From Wolbachia endosymbiont of Drosophila innubila (lineage in GTDB: Bacteria > Pseudomonadota > Alphaproteobacteria > Rickettsiales > Anaplasmataceae), in contig NZ_CP076228.1 of assembly GCF_021378375.1 (NCBI RefSeq), positions 780,001 through 812,000 of the forward strand: a stretch of 32,000 nucleotides of DNA, read 5' to 3'. The translations under genes were made by a program, and so were the position numbers. The notes under the pieces are model-generated. The model did not search any database. It had not been told where the DNA came from and saw only the letters and a list, made by a program, of their open reading frames with translations. Below, one piece after another: positions 21,096 through 29,261 of the stretch; the stretch's first letter is position 1; each line of letters starts with the position of its first letter.

Positions 21096-21200
21096 TGATA
21101 TAGATTTTATTATACTCTTTGGCATAACATTTGCAACATACTTTATCTATAAATGGAAATTATTATACTTGCAGCTAGACACAATTTGAAATAATTTACA

Positions 21201-21972
21201 CTATAAAGTTAAGGAACGAGATCCCAGATACAAGTGTCTGGGCACTGGGATGACAGGAGGGGGGGTTGGAATGACACCAGTATGGTTATTAATTGAATAA
21301 ATAACCTCCTTATTTTCAGAAATCATTGGCAAACAAATGTGATGCCATATGTTTTTTGGCTTAGATAAGAGGTGCCCAGTTAAGTCTTCCAGGTGGAGCC
21401 TATGCATCACAAGCACAATTACTCCTTTTTTTCTATCGTTGAGTCTCGTTACTAAAGTCTGATCGAACCAGTTTGTGGCACGTTTTCTAAATGTTTCACT
21501 CAAAGCTTGAGCAGGGTTAAGCGGATCATCCACAATAATAGAGTCACCACCTTCACCGGTTAATGTTCCTCCAACTGATGTTGCGATTCTGTATCCTCTC
21601 TGCACTGTTTGGAATTTATATTTAGTGTTCTGGTCTTTGGATAGTTCTACCTCTGGAAATAGTTCTTTATACCAATCAGATTGCATTATGCACCTGGTAT
21701 CAAGCGAATGTTTTTCACTAAGCAACTTAGAATAACTTGCAACTATTATTCTTGCAGTTGCCCAGTATCCATGCGGGCCACGCAACACTCATACATATGG
21801 ACTTCATTGAACGCGGAGGCATATTGAATATTATGCGCCTTACTTCGCCAGCATTCGCTGCTTCCAGCCTTTCTGCTATGACTTTTATGTACTGATAATC
21901 ATTATACTCACATCCCGGCACCACTGTTTGAAAGCACAGTTCAATGAATTTTAGAAAATTTATATTATCCAT
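21201..21972 (-). pseudogene. Phage terminase large subunit (ATPase domain) remnant, frameshifted and truncated at the 3' end
   Basis: The 81-aa and 195-aa ORFs overlap. Together they give ...IIFNMPPRSMKS...VAWPAWILG / ARIIVASYSKLL...GGDSIIVDDP...VLVMHRLHLEDL, which carries Walker A-like and Walker B motifs. The reading frame runs into a WPE half-copy (21220-21278) and ends. The nuclease domain is absent. Confidence 0.7.
21220..21278. repeat. 3' half of a WPE-like element
   Basis: GATCCCAGATACAAGTGTCTGGGCACTGGGATGACAGGAGGGGGGGTTGGAATGACACC matches the 3' arm of the 29478-29647 copy. Confidence 0.7.
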
Positions 21973-22088
21973 ATGTGTATTTTAGTGAATGGAATGTAGA
22001 CTTTAATAGTTTTGATTTGTCTTGTAAGATTGAGGTGTTACAGTGACAGGCTTACAATGCTGCTAATTTAGTAAATAACCTACGAGTG

Positions 22089-23582
22089 CTATTTCTTCAA
22101 CTTTATCGAAGTAAAGAATTGATTTCCATTGCGGTAAATGAGCAACATTATTGAATCTTTACCGTTTTTCTTTACTGCTGAATCAACTTGTTTTTGAAAA
22201 TCATTAGTATTTTCTATATCGGTTCCATCTAATTGGATAATAATGTCTCCTTTTTTAATACCACGCAACGTGGCATTACTGTTACTATCTACATTGGTAA
22301 CTATCACACCTTTTGTAGGTACATTATTTTTACTTTCTTTTGATTCTTTTGGCAGATTTGAAACAGTTAAACCGGTTACATAATCAGATGTTGATTTATT
22401 TTCTTCTTGATTGTTATCTTGGCCATCATTTGTAGATTCTCCGATCACAACTTTAATATTAACCTCTTTGCTCTTTCTAAGTAACTTAACTTGCACTTTT
22501 TTCTCAGGTCCAGCTCTTGAAACCATTTGAGGTAATTGTGTCATTCTATCGATTTTTTTACCGTCAAATTCTAATAATATATCACCTACTTTAATCCCAC
22601 CTTTTTCTGCAGGACTATCCTTTACTATACTTGCAACCAATGCGCCTTTTATATCTTTTAAACCCAAGGACTCAGCAAATTCTTTCGTTATAGGCTGAAC
22701 TTGCACACCAAGCCAACCATGTTTTATTTTCTTGCCACTTTTTAATGTGTCAATAATTGACATAGCTAAATTAGATGGTATGGCAAAACCTATACCCACG
22801 TTGCCGCCAGACTCAGATGGAGAATAGATAGCAGTATTAATACCTATAACTTTTCCATTTAAATCAAATAACGGTCCTCCAGAATTACCCCTATTAATTG
22901 CAGCATCAGTTTGAATAAATTCATTCATAGTGCCAATACTAATGTCCCTGGACCTTGCAGATATAATTCCTGTGCTTACAGAGCCACCCAAACCAAATGG
23001 GTTACCTATTGCCATAACCGTATCACCAACCCTTGCTTTATCAGAATCACCAAATGCAACAGAAGAAAGATCTTTATTAGAATTAATCTTAAGCACAGCA
23101 AGATCAGTTCTTGCATCATAGCCTAAAACTTCTGCTTTGAAATAAGTATTATCGTTCATAGTAACTGTGATATCTTTGGCGTTTTTAATAACGTGATAAT
23201 TGGTTACTATAGTTCCACCTTTATCTATAATAAACCCAGAACCAAGCAACACCACCTCTTTGTTAACACTAGGGCCCCTATCCATAAAAAACTGATCAAA
23301 ATGCTCAAAAAACTCTCTAAAATCATCAAAAAAATTATTTCCTGGCATAGATGGAACTCTAGTTCTGCTGTTATTTTCTTGTTTGATGATTTGTTCGCTT
23401 GAAATATTTACAACCGCAGGAATGAGTTCTTCCACTAAATCGGCAAGTCCTTGATTACAGTTGCATGCAGTAGTGCTAGCATCAACGACCTTTTTTGCAT
23501 TCCAATCAAACATATTAGCATACGAAGAAAACGCAATTAGAAAATATGCAAATATAGATAAAATAAATGCCTTACTTTTCAT
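22089..23582 (-). CDS. htrA: Periplasmic serine protease DegP/HtrA (trypsin domain plus two PDZ domains)
   Basis: The ORF has a signal peptide, a catalytic triad context (TNYHV, D...LAVLK, GNSGGPL) and two PDZ-like segments. Confidence 0.92.
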   Translation of the reverse strand: MKSKAFILSIFAYFLIAFSSYANMFDWNAKKVVDASTTACNCNQGLADLVEELIPAVVNISSEQIIKQENNSRTRVPSMPGNNFFDDFREFFEHFDQFFMDRGPSVNKEVVLLGSGFIIDKGGTIVTNYHVIKNAKDITVTMNDNTYFKAEVLGYDARTDLAVLKINSNKDLSSVAFGDSDKARVGDTVMAIGNPFGLGGSVSTGIISARSRDISIGTMNEFIQTDAAINRGNSGGPLFDLNGKVIGINTAIYSPSESGGNVGIGFAIPSNLAMSIIDTLKSGKKIKHGWLGVQVQPITKEFAESLGLKDIKGALVASIVKDSPAEKGGIKVGDILLEFDGKKIDRMTQLPQMVSRAGPEKKVQVKLLRKSKEVNIKVVIGESTNDGQDNNQEENKSTSDYVTGLTVSNLPKESKESKNNVPTKGVIVTNVDSNSNATLRGIKKGDIIIQLDGTDIENTNDFQKQVDSAVKKNGKDSIMLLIYRNGNQFFTSIKLKK

Positions 23583-23585
23583 AGA

Positions 23586-24458
23586 CTATTTCCACCCCTT
23601 ATTTAAAATATCTAAAAAGTTATTGTTTGGTGAAAGTACAAATTTAGTATTATTTTCGGCAAATGATTTACTGTAAGCGCTCATAGAGCGATAAAAGTTA
23701 AAGAACTCTTCATCGACCTTAAATGCCTCATTATAAACTCTAGTTGCTTCAGCATAACCACGGCCCCTTATTTCGTACGATTCTTTTACTGCACTGGAGA
23801 TAATTTCCCTTTTTAATTTATCAGCTTTTGATCTAACTTCCTGCCCAGCTTGCTCTCCTTCTGCTCTAATTTCTTTTGCTTCTTTTTCCCTTTCAGTTTG
23901 CATACGGCGAAATATTGCAGAACTATTTTCTTCTGGTAAGTCTGCTCTCTTAATTCTTACATCTATTATTTCTATGCCAAATTTTTCAGCTTCAGAATAA
24001 ACTCCACGCTGAATCAATTGCATAACCTCTGATCTTTTTTCATTCAACAAGCTAATCAACGAAAATCTGCCTATATTTTCTCTTATGTGTGCTTCTATAA
24101 CCGGATATAATCTTCTAACCAGACCTGATTCATTCCTCACAGCCTGGTAAAAAGTAACAGGATTTGTTATTTTATATTTTGCATACGCATCTACTATAAT
24201 ACGTTTTTGATCCGCTGTTATCACTTCCCTTGGGATCTTATCAGGACTTAAATCTAAAACTCTTTTATCAAGAAACTCTACACTATTTATGAATGGCAAC
24301 TTAAAATATAAGCCACTTTCCCTAACATCCCTTACAACTTTACCGAGTTGTATAACTATCGCTTGCTTTGTTTCTTGCACAACAAATATTGAATTAAATA
24401 AAACAATCAGTAAAACAACAAATACAGAAACAAAAACAATTTTAATATTACTACTCAT
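23586..24458 (-). CDS. hflC: Protease modulator HflC (SPFH/band 7)
   Basis: The 290-aa ORF has an N-terminal TM and an SPFH domain. It sits immediately downstream of hflK and upstream of htrA. Confidence 0.88.
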   Translation of the reverse strand: MSSNIKIVFVSVFVVLLIVLFNSIFVVQETKQAIVIQLGKVVRDVRESGLYFKLPFINSVEFLDKRVLDLSPDKIPREVITADQKRIIVDAYAKYKITNPVTFYQAVRNESGLVRRLYPVIEAHIRENIGRFSLISLLNEKRSEVMQLIQRGVYSEAEKFGIEIIDVRIKRADLPEENSSAIFRRMQTEREKEAKEIRAEGEQAGQEVRSKADKLKREIISSAVKESYEIRGRGYAEATRVYNEAFKVDEEFFNFYRSMSAYSKSFAENNTKFVLSPNNNFLDILNKGWK

Positions 24459-24460
24459 GG

Positions 24461-25495
24461 TTATTTTCCTAAATTTGTAAGAGGTAAATAAGAAAACATA
24501 CCTTTCAGATCATCAGTTACAACAACTTTGTCTACCTTACTGAAAATATTTTCCATAGTTTCAAGATAAATACGATTCTTAACGAGAGAAGGATTCTGTC
24601 TATATTCCTCATAAAGAGATAAAAAGCGATTTGCATTACCTTTTGCTTCATTTATTATTTCATTTTCATATGCTTGTGCATCTAATTTTATCTTTATCGC
24701 TTCACCCTTTGCTCGAGGTATAATATCATTATTATAAGCATATGCTTCGTTTATAGTACGCTCTTTGTCTGCACGAGCACTTTGTACATCTCTAAACGAA
24801 CTGATTACTTTTTCTGGTGGATCAATTTTTTTCATTTGAACAGATAAAATCTCTATACCCATTTGGTATCCATGAAGAATCTGCTGCAATAGAATTCTAG
24901 TATCTCTAGAAATTTCTGGTCTGCCTTGACCAAGTGCAAAAGAGATCGTATTTTTACCTATTATTTCTCTCATGGCACTTTCAGCAGCATTTTTAACACT
25001 GAAACCGGGTTTGTAATCCCGCACTTTGAATAAATAGTCCTTAGCATCTCTAACGCGCCACTGAACCTCGAAGTTAACGTTGACTATATTTTCATCTCCA
25101 GTTAGCATCACGCCTTCACCGCGATCTGTATCTCGCCCATAAGAACTACTTACCCCAATTTCTTCACGATTTACTTCCTTAACGTTCACTTTAAAAACCT
25201 TGCCAATAGGGTAGGGGAAGTGATAACGCAAACCAGGTGTTTCTGTATTAGAATATTTACCAAAGGTAAGTTCTATACTTTCTTCACTAGGATGGACAAT
25301 ATAAAATCCAGTGCAAGCATAGAACAGCAAAATAATGAAAATGATGAAATAAGGTTTTTTGCCCCTGTTTCTGGTTAATCCATTAAGAAAGAACCTTATA
25401 TCAGATACAGCTTTACTTAAAATATCTTCATTATTAGGAGTTTTGTTCCCTACCGGTTTCTTTCCCAAATTCCAAGGATTATTATCATCAAACAT
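24461..25495 (-). CDS. hflK: Protease modulator HflK (SPFH/band 7)
   Basis: The 344-aa ORF has the N-terminus NPWN...GKKP, a TM helix and an SPFH domain with a coiled-coil C-terminus. Confidence 0.88.
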   Translation of the reverse strand: MFDDNNPWNLGKKPVGNKTPNNEDILSKAVSDIRFFLNGLTRNRGKKPYFIIFIILLFYACTGFYIVHPSEESIELTFGKYSNTETPGLRYHFPYPIGKVFKVNVKEVNREEIGVSSSYGRDTDRGEGVMLTGDENIVNVNFEVQWRVRDAKDYLFKVRDYKPGFSVKNAAESAMREIIGKNTISFALGQGRPEISRDTRILLQQILHGYQMGIEILSVQMKKIDPPEKVISSFRDVQSARADKERTINEAYAYNNDIIPRAKGEAIKIKLDAQAYENEIINEAKGNANRFLSLYEEYRQNPSLVKNRIYLETMENIFSKVDKVVVTDDLKGMFSYLPLTNLGK

Positions 25496-25577
25496 AATGA
25501 TTGATTCTATAATTAATACGCTAATATTACTTCTTTAATAAGAAAATGCAAACATAAATTGCTATTTTATTTACAAA

Positions 25578-25793
25578 TTAATCATCAGGATGGAAAACAT
25601 GATCGTACACTTCCTTTTCTCTATGTAATATGGTCGACTCTATGGAATTTTCTGGCTTTTTTTTGAATTCTTTGTTGTCACTCTTTAAGTGCACTACGTC
25701 TTTGTGAAAATGGGAATTATACCTAAATAGTAAAGCTATTATTATTAAAGTTATAACAGCCAAAAAGATGAGTGTTCTTTTTCTATACTTCAT
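25578..25793 (-). CDS. Small single-pass membrane protein, hypothetical
   Basis: The 71-aa ORF has an N-terminal TM (TLIFLAVITLIIIALLF) and lies upstream of hflK on the same strand. No family was recognised. Confidence 0.3.
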   Translation of the reverse strand: MKYRKRTLIFLAVITLIIIALLFRYNSHFHKDVVHLKSDNKEFKKKPENSIESTILHREKEVYDHVFHPDD

Positions 25794-25948
25794 AAATGCT
25801 GCAGCTTCTTGACCTAATTTTCTATGTTACCACAAAACACGTCAAGCGAAATTATTTGAAGACAAATAAATACTGGCAATCAATTTAACACTAACTTAAG
25901 AATCAAGGAATACAATTATAATATATTTAATTAATAGTGAGGTTTAAA

Positions 25949-27472
25949 ATGTTACATAATGAAAAAAATTCAAATTCTGTTGGAACTCAACAAAACCAAC
26001 CAGAAGATAGTTTTGATTTGAATAAAACGATGCAAAATCTACCAAATTCAGATATTGCTAATGATCACAAGAAGCTAAAAGAAAGAATGACTGACCTGTT
26101 AAAAGGAGATACAGAATTCTCTAAGATGAAACAAGGAGATAAGATTCTTGTAGTAAGTACAGCAAGTGGATTATTTACGGCAGTACTACCACTTTTGGCA
26201 GTTGGTGCAACACTTGCTATACCGGGTGCTATAGTTGGTCTTGCTTTATATTTCGCTGTAAAAGTCGCTGTAAAAGCAGTTCAATCTGGATATAAAGGGC
26301 TCAAGTGGTCAGCAGAAAAAACAGTTGATGGGGCGAAATATACTGCTGGGAAAGTTAAGGACGCATCAACATACGCTGCCGGAAAAGTTAGAGATGGTGC
26401 TATGCATGTTAAAGATAAGGTGAAAGAAGGTTATGAACATTCAGTAGATTCACTGAAAAAAGGCGCTAGTTTTGTAGGCGAAGGAGTGGCAAATAAGTTC
26501 CATAAGGCATCTGGTGAGACGGACTATTTAGATAAGGTAAAAAGGTTTACTCCAGATGCAATTAAGAAATCTGACGAAATAAGAAATGATATGAAAGCAA
26601 TTTTTGCTGATAAAGGAAATAATTCTGGGTTAGTGAAAAATATACTTTCTGGAATATCGTCAGAAATTGATTTAAAAATGGCAGAGAAGGCAAAATCAGG
26701 GGAGATTGAACATACTTCTGGATGGCAAGCACAGAAAGAATTCATTAATAATTTAAATGAAAAAAGCTTGCATAACTTGTTAATACAAAGGTCATTACCT
26801 AAAGGTAGTTATTTCATCGACAGTGTTTTCTCTGAACATCACGATGAAATTAAGAAGGTTATTAAAGAATGTAGAAAAAATCATTTGTACTCAAGCGTAA
26901 GCAATATGTTTGACAGAGCAGAGAAAAAAGCTAACAGGCCTTCTGTCAAAAGTTTAACTAGGTCTGTGTCATCATCATTCTCTTCACTGGGAAGAAAAGG
27001 CTCTGAACAATCTAACAGCTTGTCAAAAAGCAATTCACTAAATTCTATAGGAACTGAAAGTACTGCTACTGTCTCTGATTCAGATTCTCAGAACTTTGCA
27101 ACAGTCCGTAGAAGCAATTCATCTAGTAGCTTAACTCCTAAGCTTACTCCAGTTGCTCCACCAGAACTACCTAGAAGCGCCTCATTGACTAACTTAAATG
27201 GACAAAGTTCTTTCAGTGAAGATGTTCTCAGTGATCCTATTGTGGAGCAAAACCTGGATAGTTTGAGTAACAGGACTCTCACTCACAGTAATTCTACTGA
27301 TAGTGGAATGGGTTCTGGTTCTTCTACGCTAACAAGAAAACAAGCTCTTCCTTTAAAAGAAGAATTTGACAGAGAACTCGAAGAAAAGTTGGCAAAACGA
27401 CGCGCATCTCTAGATCAACCTAGTGCAGAACCTGTCAACTCAAGAGCTACAGCAACTCCAGGAACAGTGTAA
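25949..27472 (+). CDS. Membrane-hairpin protein with synuclein/LEA-like 11-mer repeats and a Ser-rich disordered C-terminus; candidate secreted effector (WalE1-like)
   Basis: The ATG at 25949 is preceded by GAGG with a 6-nt spacer; the GTG at 25937 lies within that SD. A hydrophobic hairpin spans residues ~66-110. The 11-residue repeats are AGKVKDASTYA / AGKVRDGAMHV / KDKVKEGYEHS. The C-terminal ~180 aa is Ser-rich with repeated R-x-x-S motifs, including KRRASL. Confidence 0.75.
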   Translation: MLHNEKNSNSVGTQQNQPEDSFDLNKTMQNLPNSDIANDHKKLKERMTDLLKGDTEFSKMKQGDKILVVSTASGLFTAVLPLLAVGATLAIPGAIVGLALYFAVKVAVKAVQSGYKGLKWSAEKTVDGAKYTAGKVKDASTYAAGKVRDGAMHVKDKVKEGYEHSVDSLKKGASFVGEGVANKFHKASGETDYLDKVKRFTPDAIKKSDEIRNDMKAIFADKGNNSGLVKNILSGISSEIDLKMAEKAKSGEIEHTSGWQAQKEFINNLNEKSLHNLLIQRSLPKGSYFIDSVFSEHHDEIKKVIKECRKNHLYSSVSNMFDRAEKKANRPSVKSLTRSVSSSFSSLGRKGSEQSNSLSKSNSLNSIGTESTATVSDSDSQNFATVRRSNSSSSLTPKLTPVAPPELPRSASLTNLNGQSSFSEDVLSDPIVEQNLDSLSNRTLTHSNSTDSGMGSGSSTLTRKQALPLKEEFDRELEEKLAKRRASLDQPSAEPVNSRATATPGTV

Positions 27473-27495
27473 TAAGTAAAACTTCTACCTTCTCC

Positions 27496-27531
27496 AAAAG
27501 GATGTTACTCAATGAGTAACGTCCTTTTTTT
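27496..27531 (+). terminator. Rho-independent terminator downstream of the effector-like gene
   Basis: AAAAGGATGTTACTC-AAT-GAGTAACGTCCTTTTTTT forms a 12-bp stem with one G-U pair and a 3-nt loop, followed by a T7 run. An upstream A-run makes it potentially bidirectional. Confidence 0.8.
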
Positions 27532-27611
27532 GTTTTTAAACTATAGAAAAATCCTAGATCCCAGCGGTATGCGTACAACCGTATGAACATTGTGATTTCT
27601 CTGCTAGGAAA

Positions 27612-27772
27612 GGTGTCATCCGAGTAGCTGACACTGGGATCCAGGAAAGTTTGCTTGTTTACAAGCAAACTAGCATAGGAAGTGGTTACAACGTTTTCGA
27701 TGAGATTATATGGAAAACTGGATTCCAGTGTCAAGCACTGGAATGACATCACAGGGGCACTGGGATGACACC
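27612..27772. repeat. WPE-like palindromic element, full copy (161 bp)
   Basis: GGTGTCATCCGAGTAGCTGACACTGGGATCCAG ... CTGGATTCCAGTGTCAAGCACTGGAATGACATCACAGGGGCACTGGGATGACACC. The architecture is the same as the copy at 1414-1576. Confidence 0.85.
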
Positions 27773-27913
27773 TTTACGTTTGAGGCAAACTAGCTATAAC
27801 ACTTAACATACTACCTTTGCAAACAAATGTTCATACAGTACGCGCTGGCGTTATTTTCTCTTGATGAATAAATCTCGGTAGAGTATAGTAGCAATGCATT
27901 TATGTAGCTACTA

Positions 27914-28249
27914 ATGAATAATTTAGTTTTGGTTTATACAACTTTTTCAAATTTTGAGGAGGCTAAAACTGTTTCTGAAGAATTGTTAAACGAGAAATTA
28001 ATTGTATGTGTAAATATATTTCCCGAAGTGAATTCTCTGTATTTATGGGAAGGTAAAATTAGTAATAGTTGTGAAGTAGTGGCAATTATGAAGAGCAGGA
28101 ATGATCAAGTTGATAAAATTGTAGAAAAAATCGAAGCAATGCATTCTTATGATCAGCCAGCTATTGCTGTGATGCCCATAGAAAAAGCAAATAAATCTTT
28201 TACTAATTGGGCTAATAGTGTTATTGATGTAAGTAGTATTGGGGTGTAG
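27914..28249 (+). CDS. cutA: Divalent-cation tolerance protein CutA
   Basis: The 111-aa ORF follows the CutA1 pattern (VLVYTTFSNFEEAKTVSEELLNEKLIVCVNIFPEVNSLYLWEGKI...HSYDQPAI). The last 10 nt, including the TAG stop, overlap tRNA-Gln. Confidence 0.88.
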   Translation: MNNLVLVYTTFSNFEEAKTVSEELLNEKLIVCVNIFPEVNSLYLWEGKISNSCEVVAIMKSRNDQVDKIVEKIEAMHSYDQPAIAVMPIEKANKSFTNWANSVIDVSSIGV

Positions 28250-28314
28250 CCAAGTGGTAAGGCAGCGGTTTTTGATACCGCCACGCGAAGGTTCGAATCC
28301 TTCCACCCCAGCCA
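28240..28314 (+). tRNA. tRNA-Gln (UUG), CCA encoded
   Basis: TGGGGTG-TA-GCCAAGTGGTAAGGC-A-GCGGT-TTTTGAT-ACCGC-CACGC-GAAGG-TTCGAAT-CCTTC-CACCCCA-G-CCA. It closely parallels the canonical bacterial tRNA-Gln, with a U1-A72 pair. Confidence 0.92.
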
Positions 28315-28332
28315 TATTGAAGTGGGTGTGAA

Positions 28333-28908
28333 ATGATATCACTTTTCTATAAATTAAGATTATTGAATTATATATTAGGTAGTCTAAAAGATATAATTGT
28401 GAAACTGTTTCTCTTCACAATGTATCTTTACACATTCAGCATTGTGCTCATGTTTCTCAGCAATGGTTTTTGGTATGCTGTAGAATTTTGCTCTTTCAAA
28501 AATGCGTTTTACCGTTTGTTTCAATATTGCAAGTGGTATTATGAAAATAGGGAAGATCTCGGTTACGGAATTTCTATTCGAATATTAGTGGCGTTTCTTA
28601 CTCCGCATTTTCTCTATAAATTATTACTTGGCACAGGCTGGAAGTCCTTTTTAAAGGAAAAGATAATACAGATACTCAACACAAGAAGAAAAAAGGGTAG
28701 TGAGTTCAGTAACAGTAGCAAACCAAGTGGCAGTAGTTATAGTGATAAGAATAATTACAGCAATAACAGTGGTAACAATGAGCGTCAAGCTCAAGATGCA
28801 AAGCGAAAAGTAAACATGATAAAGCAGCTATTAATCAAAGATATAGAGGCAACTATAGATAGGAGATTGAATTATATTTTTTTCGGTAAAAGGAGTAAAC
28901 CTCATTAA
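28333..28908 (+). CDS. Hypothetical membrane protein with a Ser/Asn-rich low-complexity C-terminal region
   Basis: The 191-aa ORF has two or three hydrophobic segments in the N-terminal half, followed by SEFSNSSKPSGSSYSDKNNYSNNSGNN. No family was recognised. Confidence 0.4.
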   Translation: MISLFYKLRLLNYILGSLKDIIVKLFLFTMYLYTFSIVLMFLSNGFWYAVEFCSFKNAFYRLFQYCKWYYENREDLGYGISIRILVAFLTPHFLYKLLLGTGWKSFLKEKIIQILNTRRKKGSEFSNSSKPSGSSYSDKNNYSNNSGNNERQAQDAKRKVNMIKQLLIKDIEATIDRRLNYIFFGKRSKPH

Positions 28909-28923
28909 GTATATAAAAAGGCT

Positions 28924-29211
28924 TTATCTAGTAAGGCTTTTTAAGGTTGGCTGTATTTTATTTTTTACGTATACCGGATCACAATCAGCCAATATACATG
29001 TGTGCACAAAATCTTGACTAAAGTCTGACAACCAAGAAATTGCCTTACGTTTTTCTACCAAGCTTTCTGTTTTTTTACAGTTACTTGCTGCATCAATCAT
29101 TGCCTGCGCTATTACTGATTTCCACAGCAAATAATACCTTTGTATATCATCTGACGTACTATTTGTTTCATAGTGGTTAAAAAATTCTTTAAAATTGAAA
29201 TTGTTTGACAT
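28924..29211 (-). CDS. Hypothetical small protein
   Basis: The 95-aa ORF is convergent with the previous ORF and directly abuts the repeat pile. No family was recognised with confidence. Confidence 0.35.
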   Translation of the reverse strand: MSNNFNFKEFFNHYETNSTSDDIQRYYLLWKSVIAQAMIDAASNCKKTESLVEKRKAISWLSDFSQDFVHTCILADCDPVYVKNKIQPTLKSLTR

Positions 29212-29261
29212 AATGATACCTCTTTGGATTGAAATTTGAAATGATTTGAGTTTATGTCGCC

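Noticed and set aside
19311-22088. An intact WO prophage or an active mobile island between smpB and htrA.
   Set aside because: Only a frameshifted terminase N-terminal fragment, one IS and a broken ankyrin gene are present. There are no capsid, tail, integrase or att-like features.
25937-25948. The GTG start at 25937 given by the ORF track for the effector-like protein.
   Set aside because: The GTG lies within the likely Shine-Dalgarno sequence (GTGAGG). The ATG at 25949 has GAGG plus a 6-nt spacer, so it is the more plausible start.
27447-27752. A 101-aa ORF on the minus strand in the 27.5-27.8 kb region.
   Set aside because: It is composed of the terminator hairpin and a WPE-like palindromic element. 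Such elements stay open in several frames. There is no start context or family resemblance.
28043-28342. A 99-aa ORF on the minus strand, antisense to cutA and tRNA-Gln.
   Set aside because: It covers the complement of a canonical tRNA and of a well-supported CutA frame, and no motif was recognised.
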